64,000 nucleotides of DNA. Origin: a virus. Each line of letters opens with the position of its first letter. Within the stretch, counting starts at the first letter, position 1. Both the position numbers and the translations under genes were made by a program. The notes below the pieces were generated by a model. That model made no database searches and had not been told where the DNA came from. It saw only the letters and a list, made by a program, of their open reading frames with translations. The DNA lies in the IMG/VR virus record IMGVR_UViG_3300025096_002738, positions 17,162 to 81,161 of that record; one strand, 5' to 3'. Positions 16,504 through 25,765 of this stretch are shown here, one piece after another.

Positions 16504-16531
16504 TTTACAGATGGGAAATCTGTGTTATTAT
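16504..16531 (+). promoter_or_regulatory. Sigma70-type promoter
   Basis: TTTACA, 16 nt spacer, TATTAT with extended TG; shares upstream TAAATAATACTT with the 15924 promoter. Confidence 0.55.
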
Positions 16532-16588
16532 ATACATGAATCAAAGATAGAACTTATGTGGTTTACATTTTTAAAAAAGGAGAAAAAA

Positions 16589-16786
16589 ATGAGCACTACA
16601 ACAGCGAATAAGGGTGTCAAGAAGCTTGAGGCAGCCGTTGCCTCCCAGAGCGAGCAGCTATCTTCTGTTCTTAATCGGATGAACAGAATGGCTGATGAGA
16701 TTCACGTTCTTAAGGGTGAACTTAATCGATTTAAGAGCGACGTCGCAAGCGATGTCAAGTATCTCACCGACCGCGTCGATTCTTAA
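16589..16786 (+). CDS. Small coiled-coil protein
   Basis: AAGGAG RBS before ATG 16589. Confidence 0.7.
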   Translation: MSTTTANKGVKKLEAAVASQSEQLSSVLNRMNRMADEIHVLKGELNRFKSDVASDVKYLTDRVDS

Positions 16787-16795
16787 GAGAAAATA

Positions 16796-17275
16796 ATGAA
16801 CATATATGAAAGATTAGCAACTCTTAACTTGCCTGAAGATACCGATGTCACTCTGACCTATAGTCAGGGAACAGGTGTGTTTGTTCACAACGAAACTGCC
16901 GTTGATACAGCAATTGCTGATACAGATGTTATTAGTGAGTTTGCTGATCTAGTCGCAACTCCAGGGCTTCAGACGTCCGTTCCGTATGTCGGCAACGTGC
17001 TGGAGACCATGAGAGAAAGCGGCTTTCTAGATGATTATGAGCGCGGCAGTTTTGCATTTGAAGACTTTATTCGTGAAGTTCTCCATGGCAATTTCTATGA
17101 TCAAGAGTTCATTGGGAACTCGATAAAGCGTTACGATTATAAACGAGGCTTCTGTACTCTAGAGACAACAGTTACAGTCCCTCTGGCTAATTTTCTAGAT
17201 CTCCAGCCCTTGGTGTATGGATGGGTTGTATCAGTAGCTACCCCTGCTGGTACCCTCACCGTCACCGACGACTAA
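16796..17275 (+). CDS. Hypothetical protein
   Basis: 159 aa ORF in the operon. Confidence 0.7.
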   Translation: MNIYERLATLNLPEDTDVTLTYSQGTGVFVHNETAVDTAIADTDVISEFADLVATPGLQTSVPYVGNVLETMRESGFLDDYERGSFAFEDFIREVLHGNFYDQEFIGNSIKRYDYKRGFCTLETTVTVPLANFLDLQPLVYGWVVSVATPAGTLTVTDD

Positions 17276-17286
17276 AGACAGAATTC

Positions 17287-17390
17287 CCACCGCTGCATCG
17301 TCGGCTCATATATAACGATGCGTGGCTGCCAGACGTTACGTTGGCAGGGGTTTACCGGTCATCCTTGGACGCAAAAAACCGGTTTTTTAT
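17287..17390 (+). other. Intergenic tandem hairpins ending in a palindrome and T-run (terminator or structured RNA)
   Basis: GCATCGT/ACGATGC stem, CTGCCA/TGGCAG stem, perfect AAAAAACCGGTTTTTT at 17373-17388. Confidence 0.5.
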
Positions 17391-17460
17391 TCTTGGTTAT
17401 GTTTAGTCTATAAAGTCACTAATAACGCGAGACAACTATATATGTTATATTTGGTGTTCA

Positions 17461-18807
17461 ATGGCTAAAAAGAATTTTGTTGTAGATACGAGCGTTTATT
17501 TGACAGACGCGGACTCGATATTTAAGTTTGATAATCATGATGTGTTTATCCCTCTTAAGGTTTTAGAGGAAATAGACAAACACAAGAAACGCCAAGATAT
17601 GGTAGGTATCAACGCTCGTAAGATTATTCGAACTCTAGACGAGCTTCGTTCGCGCGGTAGTCTTCAGAAGGGTGTACGTCTAGGCAAGGGAAAGGGCATT
17701 ATCAAAGTAATGTCTTACAACTGCCTTAAAGATACAATATTCCCGCCTGACTTAGATCTAAGAGTACCTGACCATATTATTGTCGCTACTGCACTGGCAG
17801 TGAGAGAATCCCCCACGCGCAGAAAGACTATCGTAGTCTCTCGCGACATCAACATGCGAGTCATCTGCGACTCGATTGGTCTTGAGGCAGCAGACTATCA
17901 AAATGAAAAAGCGGTAACATCGTCTGACGATCTGTACCAAGGATTTACTACTCTTTCCATAGACGATCAGGCTATTGAACGGTTCTATGCCAATGAAAAG
18001 ATACTTCTAGAAGAAGAAGATGTGAAAGAAACTCTTTATCCAAATCAATATATTATGATGGTGTCTAATGCTAATCCTAAAAAGAGTGCCCTGGCTCGCT
18101 TTGATGGATACCACAATCCGCTATGTAAAGTTAATAACGATAGAATCCCAGATTGGAAGATAAGCTCAAGGAACAAAGAACAGGCCTTTGCTATCGACTT
18201 GCTTTTAGACCCAAGCGTGAAAATCGTTTCTTTGGTGGGACGCGCTGGTTCTGGAAAGACATTGATGGCCATTGCGGCCGGACTCCAGCAGACAATAGGT
18301 CTGCCGGCCCCGTCAAGAGACGAAAACCCATATTCACGCCTGATTGTTTCGCGCCCTGTGCAACCGATGGGTAAAGATATTGGATTCTTGCCTGGAACAT
18401 TCGAAGAAAAGATGCTTCCATGGCTAATGCCCATTCAAGATAATCTCCAGCATCTGCTTGGAAATAATAAAAGTACGTTGTCAATGTATATTGATAAAGG
18501 TAAGATTGAGATTGAGGCTCTGACTTATATTCGCGGCCGTTCTATTTCTAATGCGTATATCATCATTGACGAAGCTCAGAACCTAACCAAGCACGAGATC
18601 AAGACCATTATCACTCGCATAGGGGAAGGAACAAAGATTGTTCTGACCGGAGATGTTGAGCAGATTGATAACATCTATGTTAACGAAACCACTAACGGCT
18701 TAGCACACGCAGTCGAAAAATTCAAAGAATATAGGTTGGCAGGACATGTCACCTTCAAGAAGGGCGAGAGAAGCGACGTCGCTACTTTGGCTTCTAAAGT
18801 TCTTTAG
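17461..18807 (+). CDS. phoH: PIN-domain PhoH-family ATPase (PhoH2/YlaK-like)
   Basis: N-terminal PIN (VVDTSV, VLEEID, D.NMR); GRAGSGKT; IGFLPG; YIRGRS; DEAQN; GDVEQID. Confidence 0.93.
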   Translation: MAKKNFVVDTSVYLTDADSIFKFDNHDVFIPLKVLEEIDKHKKRQDMVGINARKIIRTLDELRSRGSLQKGVRLGKGKGIIKVMSYNCLKDTIFPPDLDLRVPDHIIVATALAVRESPTRRKTIVVSRDINMRVICDSIGLEAADYQNEKAVTSSDDLYQGFTTLSIDDQAIERFYANEKILLEEEDVKETLYPNQYIMMVSNANPKKSALARFDGYHNPLCKVNNDRIPDWKISSRNKEQAFAIDLLLDPSVKIVSLVGRAGSGKTLMAIAAGLQQTIGLPAPSRDENPYSRLIVSRPVQPMGKDIGFLPGTFEEKMLPWLMPIQDNLQHLLGNNKSTLSMYIDKGKIEIEALTYIRGRSISNAYIIIDEAQNLTKHEIKTIITRIGEGTKIVLTGDVEQIDNIYVNETTNGLAHAVEKFKEYRLAGHVTFKKGERSDVATLASKVL

Positions 18808-18852
18808 TAAACAAAAGCTTATTTTTAGGTTATTATTGTTAAAGGAGTAAAT

Positions 18853-19116
18853 ATGAGTGAAGAAAAAACTATTACCGAAGAAGAAATACATACAAATAGT
18901 GTGCTAGCCATGCACGTAACTCCTGATTCTCCATTGAAGGAGTATTTAGTAGAGTACGTGGGCAAGAAGTTTGATCAGGAAGAAGTGACCGTTAATATGG
19001 TAGCTGAAGTCATGGCATCCGATTTCCCTGAGTTCGTATTTTCTTTCGCAGAAGAAAACTATCTGCGTGGATATCAGCAGGGCCTCGATGATGCTATTAA
19101 ACTACATACGTCATAA
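18853..19116 (+). CDS. Hypothetical protein
   Basis: AAGGAG RBS, 87 aa. Confidence 0.7.
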   Translation: MSEEKTITEEEIHTNSVLAMHVTPDSPLKEYLVEYVGKKFDQEEVTVNMVAEVMASDFPEFVFSFAEENYLRGYQQGLDDAIKLHTS

Positions 19117-19789
19117 AAATTTAGTTGTTGAGAATAACATGGACTTTTACACATCAAATGGTATTCATGTTTATTTCAAGGATCCGGTTAAAAACAACGA
19201 CGTCGATATAGAAGAATGTATCGCTAAGGCAGAAAGTGTGTTAGCTAATCATCTTTTAGATGAAGTAGAAATGGTTATTATTGGGCACTTCGAAGAGTTT
19301 GACGACCGAAGTCTGACCGCTTTTTACGACGGCGGGACACTATACCTGACCCCCGAGCATGAATCCCAAGAAGACGCATTTAATGACATTGTTCACGAAG
19401 TCGCGCATTCATTAGAAGAACCCTATGGTGCCTTGATCTACCAGGACTCCAAAATAGAAAAAGAATTTTTAGATAAGAGAGTCAATCTGCACAAGATATT
19501 GTGGGAACTTGGCTTTAAGACCCCAGAGGCAGTTTTCCTAGAGACCGAATACAATGAAGAATTCGATATGTTCCTTTATGAAGATGTGGGATATGACAGG
19601 CTGTCGATAGTTACACAAGGCATCTTCATTTCGCCTTACGCGGCAACATCTCTGAGAGAGTATTTTGCCACTGGGTTCTCTGAATATTATGTGGATCCCA
19701 GCCATGGCTATTTAAAAACCACATGTCCTCAACTATACAAGAAGATTTTGCTGCTTCAAGATAAAGAAGCACTTGACAAAACTTACTAA
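19088..19789 (+). CDS. Zincin-like metallopeptidase domain protein
   Basis: IVHEVAHSL and YAATSLREYFATGF; start uncertain. Confidence 0.6.
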   Translation: MMLLNYIRHKNLVVENNMDFYTSNGIHVYFKDPVKNNDVDIEECIAKAESVLANHLLDEVEMVIIGHFEEFDDRSLTAFYDGGTLYLTPEHESQEDAFNDIVHEVAHSLEEPYGALIYQDSKIEKEFLDKRVNLHKILWELGFKTPEAVFLETEYNEEFDMFLYEDVGYDRLSIVTQGIFISPYAATSLREYFATGFSEYYVDPSHGYLKTTCPQLYKKILLLQDKEALDKTY

Positions 19790-19801
19790 GTCGAGTATAA
19801 T
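19773..19801 (+). promoter_or_regulatory. Consensus sigma70 promoter
   Basis: Perfect TTGACA, 17 nt spacer, TATAAT, followed by GGAGG RBS. Confidence 0.85.
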
Positions 19802-19821
19802 GAAAGAAAAGGGAGGGCTTT

Positions 19822-20592
19822 ATGCCTCATATTTCTTATTCTGAAATGAAAGACTGGGCGTTCTGCGCCTTTTACCACAAGCTTACTCGCGTTGACAAGA
19901 TTGATGGCTTCAAGGGAAACGCTTTTACTGCATTTGGAACTGCTTTGCACTCTGTGTGCGAGAGGAAGCTTCTTAAGGCTCCTGTCGACGAGCAGTACTT
20001 TATCCAAGAGTTTGAGAAGTGTATTGAAAAGTTGCCTGATGACGTTGAGGTTGACGAGAGCCTTGTTGCTGCCATGAGGGAGCAGGGCCAACTGATTATG
20101 CCAGAGATCCAAGATGCTTTGGATAACTACTTCGAAGAGTACGAAGTGCTTGCAGTAGAAATGCCCTTGATGGAGACTATTGAAGAAGAAAAAGAGTATA
20201 AATTTAAGGGATTTATTGATGCGATTGTTGCAACCCCTGATGGAAAAGTCCATATTTTTGACTGGAAAACTTGTGGGTGGGGATGGGATTCTCGCAAGAG
20301 AAGCGACAAGTTGGTCAATTATCAGCTAACTCTATATAAGCACTTTTTCGCTCAGAAAGCAGATGTCGATGTTAACGATATCGAAACACACTTTGCACTA
20401 CTTAAGAGAACGGCAAAGAAAAACCGTGTAGAGTTTTTTCGAGTAACGAGTGGCCCGAAAAAAACACAAAATGCTTTAAAATTAATGAATACTGCTCTAT
20501 ACAATATTCAAAATAAGCGTTATATTAAGAATAGACTATCTTGCACCAACGGATATGGGTGCAAATTTTACAAGACAGAACACTGTCCTTGA
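19822..20592 (+). CDS. PD-(D/E)XK exonuclease (Cas4/AddB-like, probable Fe-S cysteines)
   Basis: ISYS..WAFC, FGTALH, VE..KGFID..IFDWKT, QLTLY, C-terminal C..C..C. Confidence 0.88.
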   Translation: MPHISYSEMKDWAFCAFYHKLTRVDKIDGFKGNAFTAFGTALHSVCERKLLKAPVDEQYFIQEFEKCIEKLPDDVEVDESLVAAMREQGQLIMPEIQDALDNYFEEYEVLAVEMPLMETIEEEKEYKFKGFIDAIVATPDGKVHIFDWKTCGWGWDSRKRSDKLVNYQLTLYKHFFAQKADVDVNDIETHFALLKRTAKKNRVEFFRVTSGPKKTQNALKLMNTALYNIQNKRYIKNRLSCTNGYGCKFYKTEHCP

Positions 20593-20599
20593 GGAATAA

Positions 20600-21886
20600 A
20601 TGAAAAAGAAGAAGATATTGGTCTTATCTGACCATCCGCTTTCACCTTCCGGTGTTGGCACTCAAACGCGCTATATGATTGAGGCACTTCTTAAGACCGG
20701 TCGGTATTCGATTGTGTGTCTTGGAGGCGCCGTTAAGCATAAGGACTATCAGCCACAGAAGGTAGAACCTTGGGGAACTGATTGGATGATCTATCCAATC
20801 GACGGGTACGGCAGCCAAGAGATCATTCGTTCGGTTCTCCAGAAGGAGAAGCCAGATGCGTTGTGGTTCATGACCGATCCTCGTTTTTATGGTTGGCTTT
20901 GGGAGATTGAAGACGAAGTCCGAGCTAACGTGCCGATGATTTATTATCACGTTTGGGATAACTTCCCGGCGCCCCATTTCAACGGGCCGTTCTACCGCTC
21001 TACTGATGAGATAGCTTGCATTTCAAAGGTGACGCACGAGATTGTTAAGCAGGTCGCCCCAGAGGTGAATAGCAGGTATCTGCCGCATGCTGTTAATAGC
21101 ACAGTGTTTAAGAAGTACACGGAAGATGTAGACAAGCAGAAGATGAAGAATATTCGCGCAAAGCTAACAGAGAGCAATAGCCCAGCCGTCCAGAACCCAG
21201 ATAAGAAGATCTTTTTCTGGAATAACCGAAACGCCCGCCGAAAGCAGTCAGGCACTCTCATTTGGTGGTTTAAGGAATGGCTAGACAAGGTAGGTCACGA
21301 CAAGGCGATGCTTTTGATGCACACAGATGCTCAAGATCCGCACGGACAAGATTTGCCGCACATCATCAAGCACCTGGGAATTTCAGACGGACAGGTGATG
21401 TTGTCGACTAATAAGGTACCGCCAGAAGATCTGGCGAATATGTACAATGTAGCTGATTTCACCCTTAATATTTCTGATGCTGAGGGATTTGGTCTTGCAA
21501 CTCTAGAATCTCTCTCTTGCGGCACTCCTATCATTGTCAATATGACTGGAGGCCTCCAGGAGCAGGTGACTGACGGTAACAAATGGTTTGGCTACGGCAT
21601 TCAGCCGGCCTCTAAGGCAATAATCGGCTCTTTGCAGGTTCCTTATATTTATGAAGATAGAATTTCACAGGAAGACTTTGAGAAGTATCTAACAAAGGCA
21701 CTCAAGATGTCTAAAAAGATGTACGAAAAGATGGCAGCCGACGGCCAAGCCCATGTGGCGGCCAACTACAATTTTGAAGTTTATGAAGAGTCATGGGTAG
21801 AAACTATGGATGATTTTATTGAGCGTAATGGCTCATGGGAAAGCAGAAAGGGGTACAAGCCCTGGTACTTATTGGAGGTAGCGTGA
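20600..21886 (+). CDS. Glycosyltransferase family 4 (GT-B)
   Basis: SGVG N-terminal loop, NRNARRK, EGFGLATLESLSCGTP. Confidence 0.9.
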   Translation: MKKKKILVLSDHPLSPSGVGTQTRYMIEALLKTGRYSIVCLGGAVKHKDYQPQKVEPWGTDWMIYPIDGYGSQEIIRSVLQKEKPDALWFMTDPRFYGWLWEIEDEVRANVPMIYYHVWDNFPAPHFNGPFYRSTDEIACISKVTHEIVKQVAPEVNSRYLPHAVNSTVFKKYTEDVDKQKMKNIRAKLTESNSPAVQNPDKKIFFWNNRNARRKQSGTLIWWFKEWLDKVGHDKAMLLMHTDAQDPHGQDLPHIIKHLGISDGQVMLSTNKVPPEDLANMYNVADFTLNISDAEGFGLATLESLSCGTPIIVNMTGGLQEQVTDGNKWFGYGIQPASKAIIGSLQVPYIYEDRISQEDFEKYLTKALKMSKKMYEKMAADGQAHVAANYNFEVYEESWVETMDDFIERNGSWESRKGYKPWYLLEVA

Positions 21887-23139
21887 AAAAGAAGAAAGTA
21901 CTGTTGAGAGGTCCCCTCTTAACTCGCTCAGGATATGGCGAACAGGCTCGATTTGCATTGAGGTCTCTGCGATCTCAGCCCGAAGCCTGCGAGGTGTTTA
22001 TTCAGCCCACAGGTTGGGGAAAGACATCTTGGGTTAATATCCAGGACGAAGAGCGGCTCTGGATTGACCAGACGATCGAAAAGACGATTGCCTATATTCA
22101 GCAGGGAGGACAATTTGATATATCAGTTCAGGTAACTATCCCGAATGAATTTGAGAAAGTTGCCCCGATAAATATCGGCTATACAGCCGGCATTGAGACC
22201 ACTAGAGTCGCTCATGAGTGGCTTCTAAAGGCAAACGAGACAGTTGACAAGATCATTGTTGTTTCAAATCACTCAAAGAATGTTTTGGAAAATACTGAAT
22301 ATGTTGGCCGCGACGAAAGAACAAATCAAGAAGTTAGACTGACCTTGGCAAAGCCAACATACGCTGTAAACTATCCCGTAAAGAAGTACGAGAACCTACC
22401 AGAACTTGAGCTTGAACTAAAGCACGACACAAACTTCCTAGCAGTCGCACAGTTTGGTCCAAGAAAGAATGTTCCCAACACTGTTAAGTGGTTCATGGAA
22501 GAGTTCAAGGATGACGATGTAGGGCTTGTATTGAAGACAAACATAGCCAAGAACTGCTTGATGGATCGAGAAAAGATTCACAATGATTTGAAGCAGTTTC
22601 TATCATCTTACAAGGATCACAAGTGTAAGGTTTACGTTATCCATGGAAACATGACCGATGAAGAGCTTCATGCGCTGTACGTCCACCCCAAGATTAAGGC
22701 ATTTTTGACTCTTGCTCACGGTGAGGGTTTTGGTCTTCCGATTTTCGAGGCAGCCTATAGTGGGCTTCCTGTCGTCTCTCCTGGCTGGTCTGGCCAGATG
22801 GACTTTTTGTGTGACACCGAGGGTAAAGAGCATTTCTACAATGTACCATTCGATCTCCAGCGGGTACAGCCTGAAGTCGTCTGGCCCGGCGTTATTGTTG
22901 CTGACTCCATGTGGGCATATGCCCGCGAAGAGGGTACTAAGAGCAAGATGCGACAGTGCTACGATGATATTGTAGAAAATAGTGGATATGTCGCCGCCAG
23001 TTGCGAGTACGCTACCGAACTAATGGAACGCTTTGAAGAGAGTAAGATGTATGAACAGTTTGTTTCTTTGGTACTCCCTTTGGACGAGATGAAGGAAGAA
23101 GCCCAAAAGATAGATGATCTCTTGAGTGACCTACTATGA
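21883..23139 (+). CDS. Glycosyltransferase family 4 (GT-B)
   Basis: GTG start overlapping the upstream stop; SGYG, PRKN, HGEGFGLPIFEAAYSGLPV. Confidence 0.9.
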   Translation: MKKKKVLLRGPLLTRSGYGEQARFALRSLRSQPEACEVFIQPTGWGKTSWVNIQDEERLWIDQTIEKTIAYIQQGGQFDISVQVTIPNEFEKVAPINIGYTAGIETTRVAHEWLLKANETVDKIIVVSNHSKNVLENTEYVGRDERTNQEVRLTLAKPTYAVNYPVKKYENLPELELELKHDTNFLAVAQFGPRKNVPNTVKWFMEEFKDDDVGLVLKTNIAKNCLMDREKIHNDLKQFLSSYKDHKCKVYVIHGNMTDEELHALYVHPKIKAFLTLAHGEGFGLPIFEAAYSGLPVVSPGWSGQMDFLCDTEGKEHFYNVPFDLQRVQPEVVWPGVIVADSMWAYAREEGTKSKMRQCYDDIVENSGYVAASCEYATELMERFEESKMYEQFVSLVLPLDEMKEEAQKIDDLLSDLL

Positions 23140-23993
23140 GCCAATACGTATTTGTCTCAGATATGTTCATACAGGATTATCGTGGCGGTGCAGAGTTAAC
23201 AACCGAGGCACTGATACGCTCGATGCCTTTTGGAAGTAAGTTTGCAAGAACGCACAGTCATACATTGACTACTGATATGTTACGAGACAATGCGGAATTC
23301 CATTATATTGTTTGCAATTTTGCATCTTTACGTGACGATGTGAAGCTTTTCATGTGCAGGAATGAGATTCAATATTCGATTGTTGAATACGACTACAAGT
23401 TTTGTAAATATCGTTCCATGGAAAAACACTTAGCATTAGAAAACAAAAAGTGCGATTGTGTTGAAAAACACGCTGGAAAGGTCAATAGCGCTTTTTATGG
23501 ATATGCATCGAAGGTGTGGTTTATGAGCGAAGCACAAATGAACATTTTCTTGACAAGAATAAAAGTACTTAAGTCAGAAAACTGCGAAGTTCTTAGTTCT
23601 GTGTTTATGCCCGGAGACTTGGCGTTTATGGGCGCGATTAAGGAAAATGAAAAAGACGGTAAGTACCTTATTTTAGGATCTAATTCTTGGATAAAAGGCA
23701 CTCAAGATTGCATTCAATATGCGAATGACAATGAACTAGAGTTTGAGATCGTTAGCGGCTTGCCGTATCATGAGCTTTTAATTAAGATGTCTACTTCTAA
23801 AGGCTTGATTTTCCTTCCATTAGGTGCTGATACTTGTCCCCGGTTTGTTATCGAGGCTAAGCTGCTTGGATGCGATCTGAGGATTAATGAAAACGTACAA
23901 CATAAAGACGAGCCATGGTTTGAAACGCAAGAATCAACAGCAGCTTATTTAGCAGACCGAACTTCGGTGTTTTGGAGCCATTATGAAGGGTGA
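23136..23993 (+). CDS. Glycosyltransferase-like protein (divergent GT-B)
   Basis: GGAEL, WIKG, DTCPRFVIEAKLLGC (E-x7-E-like region). Confidence 0.65.
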   Translation: MSQYVFVSDMFIQDYRGGAELTTEALIRSMPFGSKFARTHSHTLTTDMLRDNAEFHYIVCNFASLRDDVKLFMCRNEIQYSIVEYDYKFCKYRSMEKHLALENKKCDCVEKHAGKVNSAFYGYASKVWFMSEAQMNIFLTRIKVLKSENCEVLSSVFMPGDLAFMGAIKENEKDGKYLILGSNSWIKGTQDCIQYANDNELEFEIVSGLPYHELLIKMSTSKGLIFLPLGADTCPRFVIEAKLLGCDLRINENVQHKDEPWFETQESTAAYLADRTSVFWSHYEG

Positions 23994-24678
23994 CACTATT
24001 GTAGTGATGGGAAACGGACCATCATTAAAAGATGTTGATTTTGATATGTTGAATGGGGTTGATACTTTTGGTTTAAACTCTGCTTATCGAGCTTATGAGC
24101 GCATAGACTGGTGGCCGACCTATCATGGTTGTTTTGATTATCGCGTAACGGATAGCCATCGTGAAAACTTTATTAATCTGATTGAGAACAGCCCCGTTGA
24201 AAGATGCTTTTATATCAAAAACATAAGTGATTCTCCAGATATGCAGTTTGTTAACATGTTAGAACATGGCACAACGGCAAGATGGAATAACTGCGAAGAA
24301 GACTTCAAGGAATTTCACGACAATGGGAATTCGGGCGCCAATGCCTCATCAGTTTCAGCCTGCTTGGGATATAAAAAGATTATATTGTTAGGGGTTGACT
24401 GCAACTACGTTGAGCTTGTCGAGGGAAGCAAGAAAGATGGCCCCGGACAGCTTGTGATGGAAAAGACACCAGAGACAAATCCAAACTACTGGTTTGATGA
24501 TTACCAGCAGAAGGGTGACGAATACAACGTCCCAGATGGATTGTCCTTTCACATGCCTACGTGGAACCTGTTTGCTTATAAAGCCGCCCACGCGGGCGTA
24601 CAAGTCGTTAACTGTAGCCCGATAACCAATCTCCGGTGTTTCAAGCGAACCACGCTTGAGGAGGCCCTCAAGTGCTAA
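23983..24678 (+). CDS. Maf/DUF115- or Cst-II (GT42)-like putative ulosonic-acid transferase
   Basis: IVVMGNGPSLKDVDF, GLN, NSG..A..LGYKKIILLGVD, VVNCS. Confidence 0.7.
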   Translation: MKGDTIVVMGNGPSLKDVDFDMLNGVDTFGLNSAYRAYERIDWWPTYHGCFDYRVTDSHRENFINLIENSPVERCFYIKNISDSPDMQFVNMLEHGTTARWNNCEEDFKEFHDNGNSGANASSVSACLGYKKIILLGVDCNYVELVEGSKKDGPGQLVMEKTPETNPNYWFDDYQQKGDEYNVPDGLSFHMPTWNLFAYKAAHAGVQVVNCSPITNLRCFKRTTLEEALKC

Positions 24679-25097
24679 AGAGGTACTATTCTTCTACCAA
24701 TCCTGATGTCCTGTTGCACATAGTATGCAGCACTGCTGACATTAGCGACACTCGCACGGATGTAGTAGATGACAACGAATTCCTACAGTTGGCTATTTTA
24801 AAGCTTCCGCAAGGAAAAACTTTTGTGCCACACAAGCACATTTTTAAGGACGTCCCAAGTCAAGCAATCGCTCAAGAATCTTGGGTCGTATTAAAAGGAA
24901 GTGTCTTGGCTGTTTTCTACGATTTGAATGATAAGGTGCTGGCAAAACATGTGCTACAGTCCGGCGACGTATCAATTACTTTAAACGGTGGCCACAACTA
25001 CGAGATCCTAGAAGAAGACACTCTAGTGTTGGAGTATAAGACAGGCCCCTACTATGGACAGAAGCTAGACAAGGTGTTTATCGATGATAAAGATTAA
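24672..25097 (+). CDS. Cupin-fold protein (WbuC-like)
   Basis: PHKH..QESWVV..G.....GGHNY..EYKTGPY. Confidence 0.75.
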   Translation: MLKRYYSSTNPDVLLHIVCSTADISDTRTDVVDDNEFLQLAILKLPQGKTFVPHKHIFKDVPSQAIAQESWVVLKGSVLAVFYDLNDKVLAKHVLQSGDVSITLNGGHNYEILEEDTLVLEYKTGPYYGQKLDKVFIDDKD

Positions 25098-25167
25098 TAT
25101 GGGTTGTGGCTGGCGTAATTTTGGCTCTGATTGGATCCATATTGATGGCGGCGATTATGAGCTTTGA
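25084..25167 (+). pseudogene. Truncated N-terminus of a class I SAM-dependent methyltransferase
   Basis: MIKINMGCGWRNFGSDWIHIDGGDYEL-stop: motif I (N.GCG) and motif II (W..ID), then a stop inside the start of the next gene. Confidence 0.65.
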
Positions 25168-25765
25168 GGTGGTTGAGGAATTTGAAAGGCAGGTAGCCGA
25201 TTTTTTCGGGGCCCCCCACGCAGTGGCAGTCGACTGTTGTACGCATGCTTTAGAGTTGTGCTTGAGACACCAGAACATACAGAGCTTTAGTGCCCCGAAA
25301 CGCACTTACATTTCCGTTCCGTTTCTGTCACAGAAGTTGAATATTGACTTCGAGTGGAGAGACGAAGATTGGCAAGATTATTATTATCTTGGCGGTACAA
25401 ATATTATTGATGCTGCTGTTTTGTGGAAAAAGAACAGCTACATTTCAGACACGTTTATGTGTTTAAGCTTTCAATATCGAAAGCATTTAAGCCTCGGCCG
25501 CGGCGGCGCTATCCTAACAAATAATAAAAATGCAGCCGAAGCCTTAAAAAAAATGGTATATGATGGTAGAATATCTAATGTACCATGGCGAGAGCAAAAC
25601 ATATCGTCAATCGGGTATCACTATTACATGACACCAGAGATTGCAACTTTAGGTTTGGAAAAACTACCAACAGCGATTGAAACGAAGCCTCACCGCTGGG
25701 TGGTGACCGACTGGCCAGATTTGACAGAGATGGATGTTTTCAAAAATAAAAATGGAGATTTTTAA
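25157..25765 (+). CDS. Short DegT/DnrJ/EryC1/StrS family PLP-dependent protein
   Basis: EEFERQVADFFGAPHAVAVDCCTHAL, IIDAA, LSFQYRKHL..GRGG (catalytic Lys); only about 200 aa. Confidence 0.8.
   Translation: MSFEVVEEFERQVADFFGAPHAVAVDCCTHALELCLRHQNIQSFSAPKRTYISVPFLSQKLNIDFEWRDEDWQDYYYLGGTNIIDAAVLWKKNSYISDTFMCLSFQYRKHLSLGRGGAILTNNKNAAEALKKMVYDGRISNVPWREQNISSIGYHYYMTPEIATLGLEKLPTAIETKPHRWVVTDWPDLTEMDVFKNKNGDF

Noticed and set aside
17221-17406. 61-aa ORF across the hairpin region
   Set aside because: It overlaps the upstream gene, has no RBS, and the region is better explained by RNA structure.
19822-20592. CRISPR-Cas system suggested by the Cas4-like nuclease
   Set aside because: No repeat-spacer array or other cas genes were seen; stand-alone PD-(D/E)XK nucleases are common in phages.
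20600-23993. Glycosyltransferases as DNA hypermodification enzymes
   Set aside because: No hydroxymethylase, TET/JBP or other base-modification genes in the window; cannot be excluded genome-wide but is unsupported here.
25106-25156. Signal-peptide-like N-terminal extension on the DegT protein
   Set aside because: It is an alternate-frame reading of the methyltransferase stump; the family-like sequence starts at ATG 25157.
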